A stretch of DNA of 32,000 bases from Thermoproteus tenax Kra 1 (GTDB lineage: Archaea; Thermoproteota; Thermoprotei; Thermoproteales; Thermoproteaceae): positions 840,001 through 872,000 of the forward strand of contig NC_016070.1 of NCBI RefSeq assembly GCF_000253055.1, read 5' to 3'. Of the stretch, positions 1 to 8,421 are shown piece by piece. Position 1 is the stretch's first letter. Each line of letters opens with the position of its first letter. A model generated the notes under the pieces. The model saw only the letters and a program-made list of their open reading frames with translations. It did no database searches and had not been told where the DNA came from. Made by a program: the position numbers and the translations under genes.

Positions 1-2
1 AT

Positions 3-2108
3 GCTAGTGCGACCGTCGAGATTCCTGTAAACTATACTTTTCTCGACACTCTTCTCAATAATGCAACGCTCTTCAACGACTACGTGATCAACACGTTCTT
101 CTCGACAGTAGTGGGCAAAATTGCTCAAAGTGTTGCAAAATACTTTGCAAATTCAGGTATAAACAACCCGCCGTATAGGGTTATAGGAGGTCCGTTCTCA
201 GCAGGCAACCTTCATGGTTTTAGTTATAACCAGTTCGGCGAAATTAGCGGATTTCTCTTTGACTATTCGTACTACTATATATCCAGCTCTTTTAATTATT
301 GGGGACTTCCATTTACAAATATATGGGCCTTTATCCCCTATGGCGCGCTAGTCCGCGGCGACATCATCACAGTGCAGTACCCCGTGGGGGGCATCGTCGA
401 CATGATGTCTGGAGCTGACAAGGCTGGGTCACTGGTGTCCATCGGAGCCTGCGGCTTCGAGGTGCCCACCGGCTACGCGAGCGGGCTGAACTATTCGGCG
501 TGGAACGGGACGAGTCTAGAGCTGGGCGGCAACAAGACCGGCGAGGAGCTAGTGCTGTACCCGATGGCCCAGTTTGCCCCCCAGTACGGCCCCAACTGGT
601 TCGGCGATCTTGCCCTCTATTCGTGGCTCTATCCTCAGGCCGATTCGCCCAAAGAATCGGCGTCAGGACAGTTTGTCTCAGTCTTAAACACGACGTGGAC
701 CGCTCAGTTCATAATCGGCAAGACGGGCGAAGCGCCGATAATAACGTCGCAGTCTGTAGGGAAAGTGGCCTCCTGGAACCAAGCTGATGCAATACCGCAC
801 ACCGAGTATGCCGACATACTCTACCACTACGCCCCAACGTGCGTCCCGCCGCAGGCGAACAACGGAGGCGGCGGAGGCAGCGGCATAGTGGTGGGCCCGC
901 CTCCTACACCGCCGCCCCCGCCCGGAGGCACGCCCACTAAAGACGGCATAATTCTATGGGAGTTGGTCCCCCTCGTGGCCTGCAAATCGCTCTTCTGCGA
1001 GCCGGCCAACGCCTGGTGGAATGGGCACTACACCGGCGTCTACGCCCTCCCGAACATAGCGTACGGCATCGCCGTAGAGTGGACGGGCAGCTCTCCGACA
1101 AACGTCACTATATACGTCGACTCGCCCTTGGCCAGGTTCATCAACGGCTCTTGGATCCACGGGAGCCCGCTGACGATGAAGGTGTTCGGGAGGGCGGTAG
1201 AGGCGTTCAATCTGACTCTGGGCACGTTCGAGCTCGACCCCGGCGTCTGGTACCTCGTGTTGCCCGGCCGCGCGGTCCCGCTCGGGAACGGGCCGGATCC
1301 GCCGCAGACCTCGGGCTGGTCGGCCGTGCCGCCCGCGTGGTTCATTTCGCCGCGCTGGAGCTCCAACGGGACGCGGGATGTGCACTTCCTGTGGTTCAAA
1401 GTGGGGGGCGCTCTGTATGGGGACACCTACACGGTCGTTGTGCCGGACGTGCTCTACAGAGTCGACAACAACTTCACAAAGATCGCAACGCCCGAGAGCG
1501 AGGTCAGACTGCTCCTCTATCTGCCTACCGGGGGATGGGCCACCTATCCGCCCAACTACGTCGGCTATACGCCCAACGACACGCGGCTCGGCCTATTGCC
1601 CTTCAGGTCCTACACCGGCGGGTACGAGTACTGGACCGGCTTTGAATACGACGACACGACCGCCTTCGCGGGCTCGTTGGCTGCGGCGGGGAGGCTGTTC
1701 AATCTGACCCTCGGGGGCCAACCGGTGCTCAACGCCACAGTGGAGCAGATAGACGTGAGGGCCGCCGTCGAGGTGGGGCCCTCGGGCGTCTCAGTGGAGT
1801 CGAGCGACCCAGCCGACACCATCGGATACTACATCTACCTCCGCCGCAACGGGACGTGGGTTATGCGGGCCTTCTGCCCCGGCTCACAGATCCAGCTTCC
1901 GCCGAACCTCACCATATGGCCGTGGGACCCCGCGCTGGTGGTGCCGGCAGTATATCACGTCGGGAGGATCCGCGAGAACGGCACCATACTCTATCCAGTG
2001 GGCCTCGGCTCCGTGGTCTTCAACTGGTGGTCGCTCCCGCCGTACGCGGGAGGGCAGAGCTCGGTAGACCAGTTTATAAAGGCCGGAGTCTGCGAGCCGG
2101 TGAAGTAG
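3..2108 (+). CDS. Large secreted/surface-type protein of unknown function, 5'-truncated by the window edge
   Basis: ORF track starts at GTG 84, but the same frame is open back to position 3 (ASATVEIPVNYTFLDTLLNNATLFNDYV...). Many NxT/NxS sequons, aromatic/Gly-rich composition, low-complexity linker NNGGGGGSGIVVGPPPTPPPPPGG between two halves. Confidence 0.75.
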   Translation, partial: ASATVEIPVNYTFLDTLLNNATLFNDYVINTFFSTVVGKIAQSVAKYFANSGINNPPYRVIGGPFSAGNLHGFSYNQFGEISGFLFDYSYYYISSSFNYWGLPFTNIWAFIPYGALVRGDIITVQYPVGGIVDMMSGADKAGSLVSIGACGFEVPTGYASGLNYSAWNGTSLELGGNKTGEELVLYPMAQFAPQYGPNWFGDLALYSWLYPQADSPKESASGQFVSVLNTTWTAQFIIGKTGEAPIITSQSVGKVASWNQADAIPHTEYADILYHYAPTCVPPQANNGGGGGSGIVVGPPPTPPPPPGGTPTKDGIILWELVPLVACKSLFCEPANAWWNGHYTGVYALPNIAYGIAVEWTGSSPTNVTIYVDSPLARFINGSWIHGSPLTMKVFGRAVEAFNLTLGTFELDPGVWYLVLPGRAVPLGNGPDPPQTSGWSAVPPAWFISPRWSSNGTRDVHFLWFKVGGALYGDTYTVVVPDVLYRVDNNFTKIATPESEVRLLLYLPTGGWATYPPNYVGYTPNDTRLGLLPFRSYTGGYEYWTGFEYDDTTAFAGSLAAAGRLFNLTLGGQPVLNATVEQIDVRAAVEVGPSGVSVESSDPADTIGYYIYLRRNGTWVMRAFCPGSQIQLPPNLTIWPWDPALVVPAVYHVGRIRENGTILYPVGLGSVVFNWWSLPPYAGGQSSVDQFIKAGVCEPVK

Positions 2109-2142
2109 CCGATCTGTTGAACGTCCAATTTACAACCGAAAA

Positions 2143-2175
2143 TCCCGCCATTTAGGGCGGGGAGCGCGGTCATTT
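2143..2175 (+). mobile_element. Solo right-end-like palindrome of an IS200/IS605-type element (copy A)
   Basis: tcccgcca-ttta-gggcgggg followed by agcgcggtcat; the reverse complement matches the sequence at 13313-13342 (tgaccgcgctccccgccctaaa). Confidence 0.5.
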
Positions 2176-2267
2176 CCCGTTTTTTAATGAGAACGTTATC
2201 GCCGACGGTGATAGCGGCCTAGGTGTTTAGCGGCCATTGTACTATCTGAGCTTCGGAGAAAACTGCC

Positions 2268-2900
2268 CTATCCTCCGAAGGCCCTATCGCCGGCATCGCC
2301 GAGACCGGGCACTATGAATCCATCACTGTTCAACACCTCATCTATAGCCACTGTGAACACTTCAGCTGTAGGATAACTGGACAACACGCGCTCTATGCCC
2401 ACAGGCGTCGAAATAACCGAGACTGTTATAAGTCTTTTCGGAACGCCGCTTTTGAGCACCTCGCCGATAGCGGCAGCCATTGTCGTACCCGTGGCCAACA
2501 TGGGGTCTGCCAGTATAACCACTTGTCCATCCACCCTCGGTATCCGCGAATAGAACACGTCAACGCCTATCTTTCCACCCTCCTCCCTCCTCCTCGCCGC
2601 CACCACTCCTATCTTGGCCTCCGGGAAGGCCTTAAGTAGTCCCTCGACTAATGGCATGGCGGCCCTCAGCACCTCGACTATGACTACTTTGTCTAAGTCC
2701 TCTAGAACCAACCCCTCGGCCTCTCCAAGAGGCGTCCTCACTTTGACGACTCTCTTGGGAAACGTCCTTGCGATCTCGTAGCCCACTATTCTCCCCAGCC
2801 TCACCAAGCCCTTCCTGAACTCTAGGCTGGCCGTATTCGCGTCCCTCAACCTCGTGAGGATATGTTGAGCGTAGGGGTGATCGATTATGTGTACCGGCAT
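2268..2900 (-). CDS. upp: Uracil phosphoribosyltransferase
   Basis: 210 aa; UPRTase-type PRPP loop [19 protein letters not shown] and N-terminal HP.....LTRLRD...[13 protein letters not shown]. Confidence 0.93.
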   Translation of the reverse strand: MPVHIIDHPYAQHILTRLRDANTASLEFRKGLVRLGRIVGYEIARTFPKRVVKVRTPLGEAEGLVLEDLDKVVIVEVLRAAMPLVEGLLKAFPEAKIGVVAARRREEGGKIGVDVFYSRIPRVDGQVVILADPMLATGTTMAAAIGEVLKSGVPKRLITVSVISTPVGIERVLSSYPTAEVFTVAIDEVLNSDGFIVPGLGDAGDRAFGG

Positions 2901-2961
2901 GCGACAATATCAGTGGCTATTTTTATAGTGTCTGTATTTCTCTTGACAGGGAGACGGCAAG

Positions 2962-3030
2962 CTTCGCCCTTTAGGGCGGGGCCGGATTTAGGCTAGCGTC
3001 TATGGCAGAGCAATAAAGAGAGGGGTCTAA
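2962..3030 (+). mobile_element. Left-end-like fragment of IS200/IS605-type element (copy B)
   Basis: Palindrome cttcgccc-ttta-gggcgggg, then ggatttaggc...ctATGGCAGAGcaataa, resembling the reverse complements at 21675-21600 and 13850-13770; the putative start codon is followed by a stop after 4 codons. Confidence 0.45.
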
Positions 3031-3087
3031 TAACGCGCTCCATGCTCCAGCTGCAGCACGCTAACCCCAGAGAGTGGCAACGGGCGA

Positions 3088-3148
3088 GATCCCCATTGTG
3101 GAGGTTCCACATGAGCGTGGAGGGGATCGTAATGTTTTTATCAACATT
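3088..3148. other. Cluster of strong inverted repeats upstream of the M50 gene
   Basis: gatcccc(3088-3094)/ggggatc(3122-3128) encloses tgtgga-ggt-tccaca(3097-3111); followed by aatgtt(3131-3136)/aacatt(3143-3148). Confidence 0.35.
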
Positions 3149-3216
3149 GCGATGAACGCCTATGAGTCCGACCGAGCTCTTCAGAAGCCACGACGACTAC
3201 ACCGATAATAGGGAGT

Positions 3217-3834
3217 GTGCGCAGAGCGGCCGACCGATGTGCGGCCGTGATTAGGAGCATGGAGTGGGGCGCACGTCTGTATTATCTGGGCGAGGGCGCT
3301 GCGTTCCTCCTCGCCATATTGTCCGTCGCAGTGGCCTATCTCTGGAACTATTGGGATCCTATATACGGAGTTCTATTGCCAACTATCGCCGTGGCCATAG
3401 CCATAGTCCCCCATGAGTTGGCCCATAGACAAGCAGCCCGCTCAATGGGCTGTCTATCTCGTTTCGTCCTCTGGCCCACGGGCTTTCTTACTACGTTGAT
3501 CTTGAACGGGATCGTGGGATTTATCGCGGGGGGACCCATACTTTTCATCTCAGGCTATACAGCGATATCGTGCTATAGGTACGGAACATCGCAAGAGGGC
3601 TTGATCTCCCTAGCGGGGCCGGCCACAAATATAGCCATATCAGCGCTATCGCTAATTTTGCTCCATGCAGTCACGGGTTGGTCCGTTTTTCTTCAGTATC
3701 TCTCCAGACTCAATGCGTTCGTAGCGTTCTTCAATCTGCTCCCCCTCGGAGTGTTGGACGGGGCAAAGATATTCAAGTGGAACATAGCCGTGTGGGCCGG
3801 CATGTTGGCGCTCTCAGTGCTTTTGTGGATATAG
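3217..3834 (+). CDS. M50-family (site-2-protease-like) membrane metallopeptidase; alternative start ATG at 3259
   Basis: Multi-TM protein with zinc-binding HELAH in VPHELAHRQAARSMG and the second motif FFNLLPLGVLDGAKIF. Confidence 0.8.
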   Translation: MRRAADRCAAVIRSMEWGARLYYLGEGAAFLLAILSVAVAYLWNYWDPIYGVLLPTIAVAIAIVPHELAHRQAARSMGCLSRFVLWPTGFLTTLILNGIVGFIAGGPILFISGYTAISCYRYGTSQEGLISLAGPATNIAISALSLILLHAVTGWSVFLQYLSRLNAFVAFFNLLPLGVLDGAKIFKWNIAVWAGMLALSVLLWI

Positions 3835-3876
3835 GTCGGAAGCAGAGCGGCGAGGGCCTCACTGGCGTGTTGAGGA

Positions 3877-6345
3877 TCATTTTTCCAGGCGGGAGAGTCT
3901 GTCGAGCAACTTCCTATACTCATCCTTCAACCTCTCTACCTCCTCTCTGAGCCTCTGGTATTCCGCGCCCCTCTCTTGGGCCCTCCTTATCTTCTCGATG
4001 ACTTCGCGCGCCATCCTTCTGATTCTGCCGTCGACGTCCTTCTCTGCAGTCTCCTGTAGCTGAGGCAGTAGGCGCGGATCAAGTAGCTCCAGAGCGGCAG
4101 TCACGGCGGCCGCCCTAATGCGGTAGCTCTCATCCCTCAAGCTCCTAGTCACAACTTCGATGACCTCGCGGCGCGGACCGAACTTGGCCAAGGCCTGTAC
4201 CGCAGTCATCCTTATCCATGTGGGCTGATCCTCAGAGGCGTATCTGAGTACTATGGCGAGCGCCTCCTCAGTGCCCAACTCGGCGAGTCCCTCTATTGCT
4301 CCGCGCGTTATAATGTCCATGTGGCCTCCGTAGCTTAACGCTCTCTTCAAGCTATGCTCAGCGAAAGCCCACTTTATCTTCCCAAGGGACTTAGCGGCCT
4401 CGTACCTTACGTAATAGCTCTCGGAGCTATCGTGGAGTATGCGGTCTAGGAACTCCGCAGCCTCAACTCTTCTTGCCGTCCCCAACGCCTCAACGATGGC
4501 CCGGCGCGCGCGAGGGCTTTTGACATCTTTATATGCTTCAATTAGGGCCTCGACGGCCTCCCTCGTGCCAATATGCCCTAGAGCCCTGGCGGCCTCAGCG
4601 ACGACCCCCCAGAAATTGTCGCGGAGCGCCCCCCTTAGATATTCTACGGCCTTCCTGCTGCCGTTCTTTCTGAGGCCCTCGACAGCTTGAATTCTGCAGT
4701 AGAGGTTCTCGTCTCTGAGCATTGTTCCAAGGACCTCTACGGGATAATTTACATCGACCACTTTCAACAGCTTGAACTCCGGATCGATGCAAACATATTT
4801 GATCCCCGGCTCAAGGTGTATCTCGACCCTCTTTTCGTTGAAGTTTATAGTTCGCCTCTCCCTCCTTGTCTCATACACTAAGTCGATTTCTAAAGGCAAA
4901 GTGTATAGGGGATAGCTGTCGTCGCCTTGAGCCTGCTCCAACACTAGACGCAATCCGTTGTTTTTGTTCCAAACGGCCTTTATGACTGGGTGGCCCGCCG
5001 AGTAGAAAAACTGGCGCCAGAGCCACTCTAGGTCGGCGCCGCTGGCCTCCTCCAAGCTCTTCCTCAGATCCTCTATATCTGCGTTTTTGTATTGATATTT
5101 AGTCAAGAAGAGCTTTAGGCCCGCTCTGAAGGCTCCATCGCCCAAAATGCTTCTGACCATATGTAGCACTACGGAGCCCTTTTCGTACGAGTGTCTATCG
5201 AACATCTCCTCAGGTAAGGCGTATAGGTTTACGACTATGGGACGCGCATAGCGGGACGAATATTCGTTTAGATACGTCTTGAGATTAGAATATATCTCAT
5301 ATAGATATTCCTCCCTGCCCTTAGAGCGCTCAGTCCACAGTGCCTCTATGAACGTAGCGAACGATTCGTTGATGGCTATATGGCTCCAGTCCTTTGCGGT
5401 GACCAAGTCTCCGAACCACTGGTGGGCCATCTCGTGCGCTACGAGGGGGTCCGATGTGAAGTCCTCGTTCGCACACGGAAACTCATCGTAGGGACAGTGG
5501 GCGTGTTTGTCATGGAGCGTCCAGTCGGTCAATATCGTGGCTGTGGCGTTCTCCATTCCGCCATAGATGAACTCTTGTACCACTATCTGGGCGTATCTCT
5601 CGTAGGGGTACGGAACTCCGAGGTATTCCGAGAAGAACTTCATTATGTCGCAAGTATGGTAAAAGGTGTGACGGGCTAGGCCAGCGCGCCCCCTGGGCAG
5701 ATAGTACTCCAACTCTACATCGCCACACCTCTCTCTTAAGATCTCAAAGTCTCCGGCAGCGAACGCTATGAGGTACGGAGACATGGGATGCCTCATTTCC
5801 CACACGTATGTCACCGCATCGCCGAGATCCCTCCTCTCTTGCAACACGCCGTTGCTGACGGCTACATACGGCTTTCTGACCGTAATGGCTAGACTAAAGG
5901 GGAATTTGATGTTTGGCGAATCAGGCAGAGGCAGCCAATATCTATTGTCCTCGGCCTCGCCTTGGGTCCAGACCATGGGCACTCTATAGGGATGGCCTCT
6001 GTCGGGCTTGACAAAGTAGAGCCCCTTCCTGGGCTTCGCCATATAAGCCACCTCGACCTCGCCCTCCTCGCCTGCGCGCAGCTTCAGTTCCAGCGACAGA
6101 GTCTCTCCATCGTAGCTGTACTGCGTAGACGCGCGCAGGACTTCTAGCTCCACCGCATCGAGCGCGATGGTTGCGAGATCTCTTTTAGCCCTAATCTTGT
6201 ACCTAACCGATCCTTTGATCGCAGCGTTATCGAAATCGACCTCCACGTTGGCCCAGAGCTTAAGGACGTCGAAGTCGTATTTGCGCGGGAATCTGGGGAG
6301 ATATTCCGGGAAGGCGAAATCCCTGCCCAGGAGATATTTGCTCAT
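3877..6345 (-). CDS. M1-family aminopeptidase with C-terminal HEAT-like repeats and terminal coiled coil
   Basis: GGMENATATI and HEMAHQWFGDLVT...NESFATFIEALW (HExxH-x18-E); C-terminal repeats such as AVEALIEAYKDVKSPRARRAIVEALG, and EYQRLREEVERLKDEYRKLLDRLSRLEK. Confidence 0.93.
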   Translation of the reverse strand: MSKYLLGRDFAFPEYLPRFPRKYDFDVLKLWANVEVDFDNAAIKGSVRYKIRAKRDLATIALDAVELEVLRASTQYSYDGETLSLELKLRAGEEGEVEVAYMAKPRKGLYFVKPDRGHPYRVPMVWTQGEAEDNRYWLPLPDSPNIKFPFSLAITVRKPYVAVSNGVLQERRDLGDAVTYVWEMRHPMSPYLIAFAAGDFEILRERCGDVELEYYLPRGRAGLARHTFYHTCDIMKFFSEYLGVPYPYERYAQIVVQEFIYGGMENATATILTDWTLHDKHAHCPYDEFPCANEDFTSDPLVAHEMAHQWFGDLVTAKDWSHIAINESFATFIEALWTERSKGREEYLYEIYSNLKTYLNEYSSRYARPIVVNLYALPEEMFDRHSYEKGSVVLHMVRSILGDGAFRAGLKLFLTKYQYKNADIEDLRKSLEEASGADLEWLWRQFFYSAGHPVIKAVWNKNNGLRLVLEQAQGDDSYPLYTLPLEIDLVYETRRERRTINFNEKRVEIHLEPGIKYVCIDPEFKLLKVVDVNYPVEVLGTMLRDENLYCRIQAVEGLRKNGSRKAVEYLRGALRDNFWGVVAEAARALGHIGTREAVEALIEAYKDVKSPRARRAIVEALGTARRVEAAEFLDRILHDSSESYYVRYEAAKSLGKIKWAFAEHSLKRALSYGGHMDIITRGAIEGLAELGTEEALAIVLRYASEDQPTWIRMTAVQALAKFGPRREVIEVVTRSLRDESYRIRAAAVTAALELLDPRLLPQLQETAEKDVDGRIRRMAREVIEKIRRAQERGAEYQRLREEVERLKDEYRKLLDRLSRLEK

Positions 6346-6392
6346 AGGAGAGAATCAGCAAATCAATATTAGCGTTGCGCATAGGTATGACT

Positions 6393-6430
6393 CCTGCCCT
6401 AAAGGGCGAGGCTTTCAGGTGTAATAACTT
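6393..6430. repeat. Dispersed palindrome (copy C) in divergent promoter region
   Basis: tcctgccc-taaa-gggcgagg then ctttcaggtgtaa; resembles copy E flank (cctaaagggtggggccttcagttgtaa). Confidence 0.4.
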
Positions 6431-6456
6431 TTAAACTGACGCACACCTTCCGGGGC

Positions 6457-7572
6457 GTGCTGGACAAGATAAAGCCGCAGACTATAGGCCAGGAGAGGGC
6501 CTTGAACGCCCTATCTGACTCCGAAAACGAGGTGGTGGGACTCTTCGGGCCGACAGGTACGGGCAAATCTCTTCTGAGCATAGCCTACGGCATAGACTCA
6601 ACGCAGAAGGGCAAGTACAAACGCTTCATCATAGCTAGGCCCGTTGTCGATGTCTCTAGTGGGCGCTCTCTCACGCCTGAGAACTTAGGCGAGATGTACT
6701 ACAAATTGGCCGCCGCCTACTTGAGCGATATCTTGGGTGAATTCTTGGAGAGGTCCGAGATAGAGAAGATGTTGAGGGAGGAGACTATAGTGGTCACCGA
6801 CGTTAACTATCTAAGGGGGAGGACATTCGACGACTCTATAATCTTTCTTGACGACGCCCAGAACGTACAGCCTGACAGTGCGGCCGAGATACTCTTGAGA
6901 ATAGGGCGCAACAGCAAGTTGGTGATAGCGGGCGATCCAGTCTTTCAGAGGGCTGAGGGGGAAACCGACGGAGCCACGCTGTTGAGGGAGGCGTTGTTGG
7001 GCGAGGAGAAGGCCGCCGTCGTGGACCTCGGAGTCAAGGACATAGTCAGACCAGGCGCCCGCAGAGGGATAAAGCTGGCGTTAGAGCTGAGGATGAGGAA
7101 AAGGAAACTCTCCGACGTTGAGAGATACATTCTAGACTCCTTCAGAGTATATGCGCCCGATGCAGATATAGTTACCGTCGTTGAATTCAAGTCGGATAAA
7201 GATTCCTTGGGCATCAAGGGAGATCTCCCAGACGCCCTTGTATTTGTCAAGGAGGGCCATCTTGGGCGGGCCGTGGGGCGGGGCGGGGAGAGGATAAAGA
7301 ACGTGGAGAACGATACTGGCTTGAGGTTGAGACTCGTGGAGATGACGCTAGACTTCAAAAACTGGGTGAGGTCTTTGCATCCCGCTGGCTGGATCTCAAA
7401 ACATATAGTCGACGCGGACTTTGCAGGTCCCGAGCTATTAGTCACTGTCAGGAAGAGCGAGTTCGGCTCATTCGTGGGCCACAGGGGCGCCTATGTGAGA
7501 CTCATGGATCGAGTCTTCCGCAGACTTCTTTCGATCGGCGTCAGAGCAGTTGAGGCCGAGGAGGAGAGGTGA
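6457..7572 (+). CDS. PhoH-like P-loop ATPase with C-terminal KH-type RNA-binding region
   Basis: Walker A LFGPTGTGKSLL, Walker B-like SIIFLDDAQNVQPDSAAEILLRIG, KH-like VGRGGERIKNVENDTGLRLRLVE. GTG start. Confidence 0.85.
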   Translation: MLDKIKPQTIGQERALNALSDSENEVVGLFGPTGTGKSLLSIAYGIDSTQKGKYKRFIIARPVVDVSSGRSLTPENLGEMYYKLAAAYLSDILGEFLERSEIEKMLREETIVVTDVNYLRGRTFDDSIIFLDDAQNVQPDSAAEILLRIGRNSKLVIAGDPVFQRAEGETDGATLLREALLGEEKAAVVDLGVKDIVRPGARRGIKLALELRMRKRKLSDVERYILDSFRVYAPDADIVTVVEFKSDKDSLGIKGDLPDALVFVKEGHLGRAVGRGGERIKNVENDTGLRLRLVEMTLDFKNWVRSLHPAGWISKHIVDADFAGPELLVTVRKSEFGSFVGHRGAYVRLMDRVFRRLLSIGVRAVEAEEER

Positions 7573-7847
7573 AAACAAGACTGCATCTATTCATAAAAGG
7601 AGAACTGGATCTGCCAGGCGTTCCTTTTCGTCAGATTATGAGGGAGGTGGCTAGAAGAAATAGGGTTACAGGTTGGGTCAGATTTCTCGACGGAGAGACC
7701 GCCGAGGCCGTCCTTGAGGGCGAGGAGAGGGACGTAGATGCAGTTCTGAGGTGGGCCTATGCCGGTCCCCAAGGCACAAAGGTGAGGGAGGTCAAAATAA
7801 TCAGAGAGACTTACACAGGCGAGTTCTCCGACTTCACTATAAAATAA
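7569..7847 (+). CDS. Acylphosphatase-like protein (possibly catalytically altered)
   Basis: 92 aa, LPGVPFRQIMREVARRNRVTGWVRFLDGETAEAVLEGE resembles the acylphosphatase fold consensus; GTGA overlap with upstream ORF. Confidence 0.75.
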   Translation: MKTRLHLFIKGELDLPGVPFRQIMREVARRNRVTGWVRFLDGETAEAVLEGEERDVDAVLRWAYAGPQGTKVREVKIIRETYTGEFSDFTIK

Positions 7848-8421
7848 AGGAGAGTGCTGTGTATATTGCAAAACCTACCGCCAGATGTGCAAGGTACGGG
7901 AGCCCGTATTTGGCAACTACGTATTCCTCGTCCACGTCAGCCGGCGGCCTATACTTCTCCAGATCGTGGACGTCGCCGACTATGTACTTCACGCCGCCTC
8001 TGAGAAGCTCGTCGCGTGATACACAGACGTGGGTCAACCTCTGTAAAGGCGTCATTCTGCAGGGCCTGCGGGAGTTGAGGTAATAGAGCCAGAGCATAGT
8101 GCCTACAATAGAGAAGGCGGTTCCCATGACGACCACGGCCGGAGTGGGAAAGTAGGGTGCAGGAGGCGGGAATAGCGATATAGCCAGCAAGGCCAGAGAG
8201 TCGGCGTAGCCAGCGCCCATCGCCCTCATGGCTAGGGCCAACATTGCGCCGAGTACAGGCGACATCAGATAGAGCGGGGCAGTCCACGAGAGATATGCAG
8301 CAAGTGCGGCGGGCAGATACATCGCCAAGATGATCCATACGTCGATCTCCCTGGTCTTGAGGTCTTGGCGTGCGGCAATTGAGAGGAGGACGAGCTCGGC
8401 CAGGATAAGAGCCTTGATCAC
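7837..8421 (-). CDS. Archaeal prepilin/preflagellin peptidase (A24 aspartic peptidase family)
   Basis: Multi-TM, ARQDLKTREIDVWI (first Asp motif) and MGAGYADSLAL (GxGD-like second Asp motif). Confidence 0.75.
   Translation of the reverse strand: MIKALILAELVLLSIAARQDLKTREIDVWIILAMYLPAALAAYLSWTAPLYLMSPVLGAMLALAMRAMGAGYADSLALLAISLFPPPAPYFPTPAVVVMGTAFSIVGTMLWLYYLNSRRPCRMTPLQRLTHVCVSRDELLRGGVKYIVGDVHDLEKYRPPADVDEEYVVAKYGLPYLAHLAVGFAIYTALSFIL

Noticed and set aside
954-1645. Long antisense/alternate-frame ORFs (143 aa minus, 229 aa plus) inside the large secreted-protein gene
   Set aside because: Arg/Pro/Ala-rich translations typical of GC-rich shadow frames; the overlapping 674+ aa frame has coherent composition.
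2170-2260. Possible C/D box sRNA (aatgaga ... ggtgata ... ctga)
   Set aside because: Box sequences are imperfect and the C'-to-D spacing (~30 nt) is too long for a standard archaeal C/D guide.
3145-3195. Possible C/D box sRNA (gcgatgaa ... ccga)
   Set aside because: No proper C' box and no true CTGA box.
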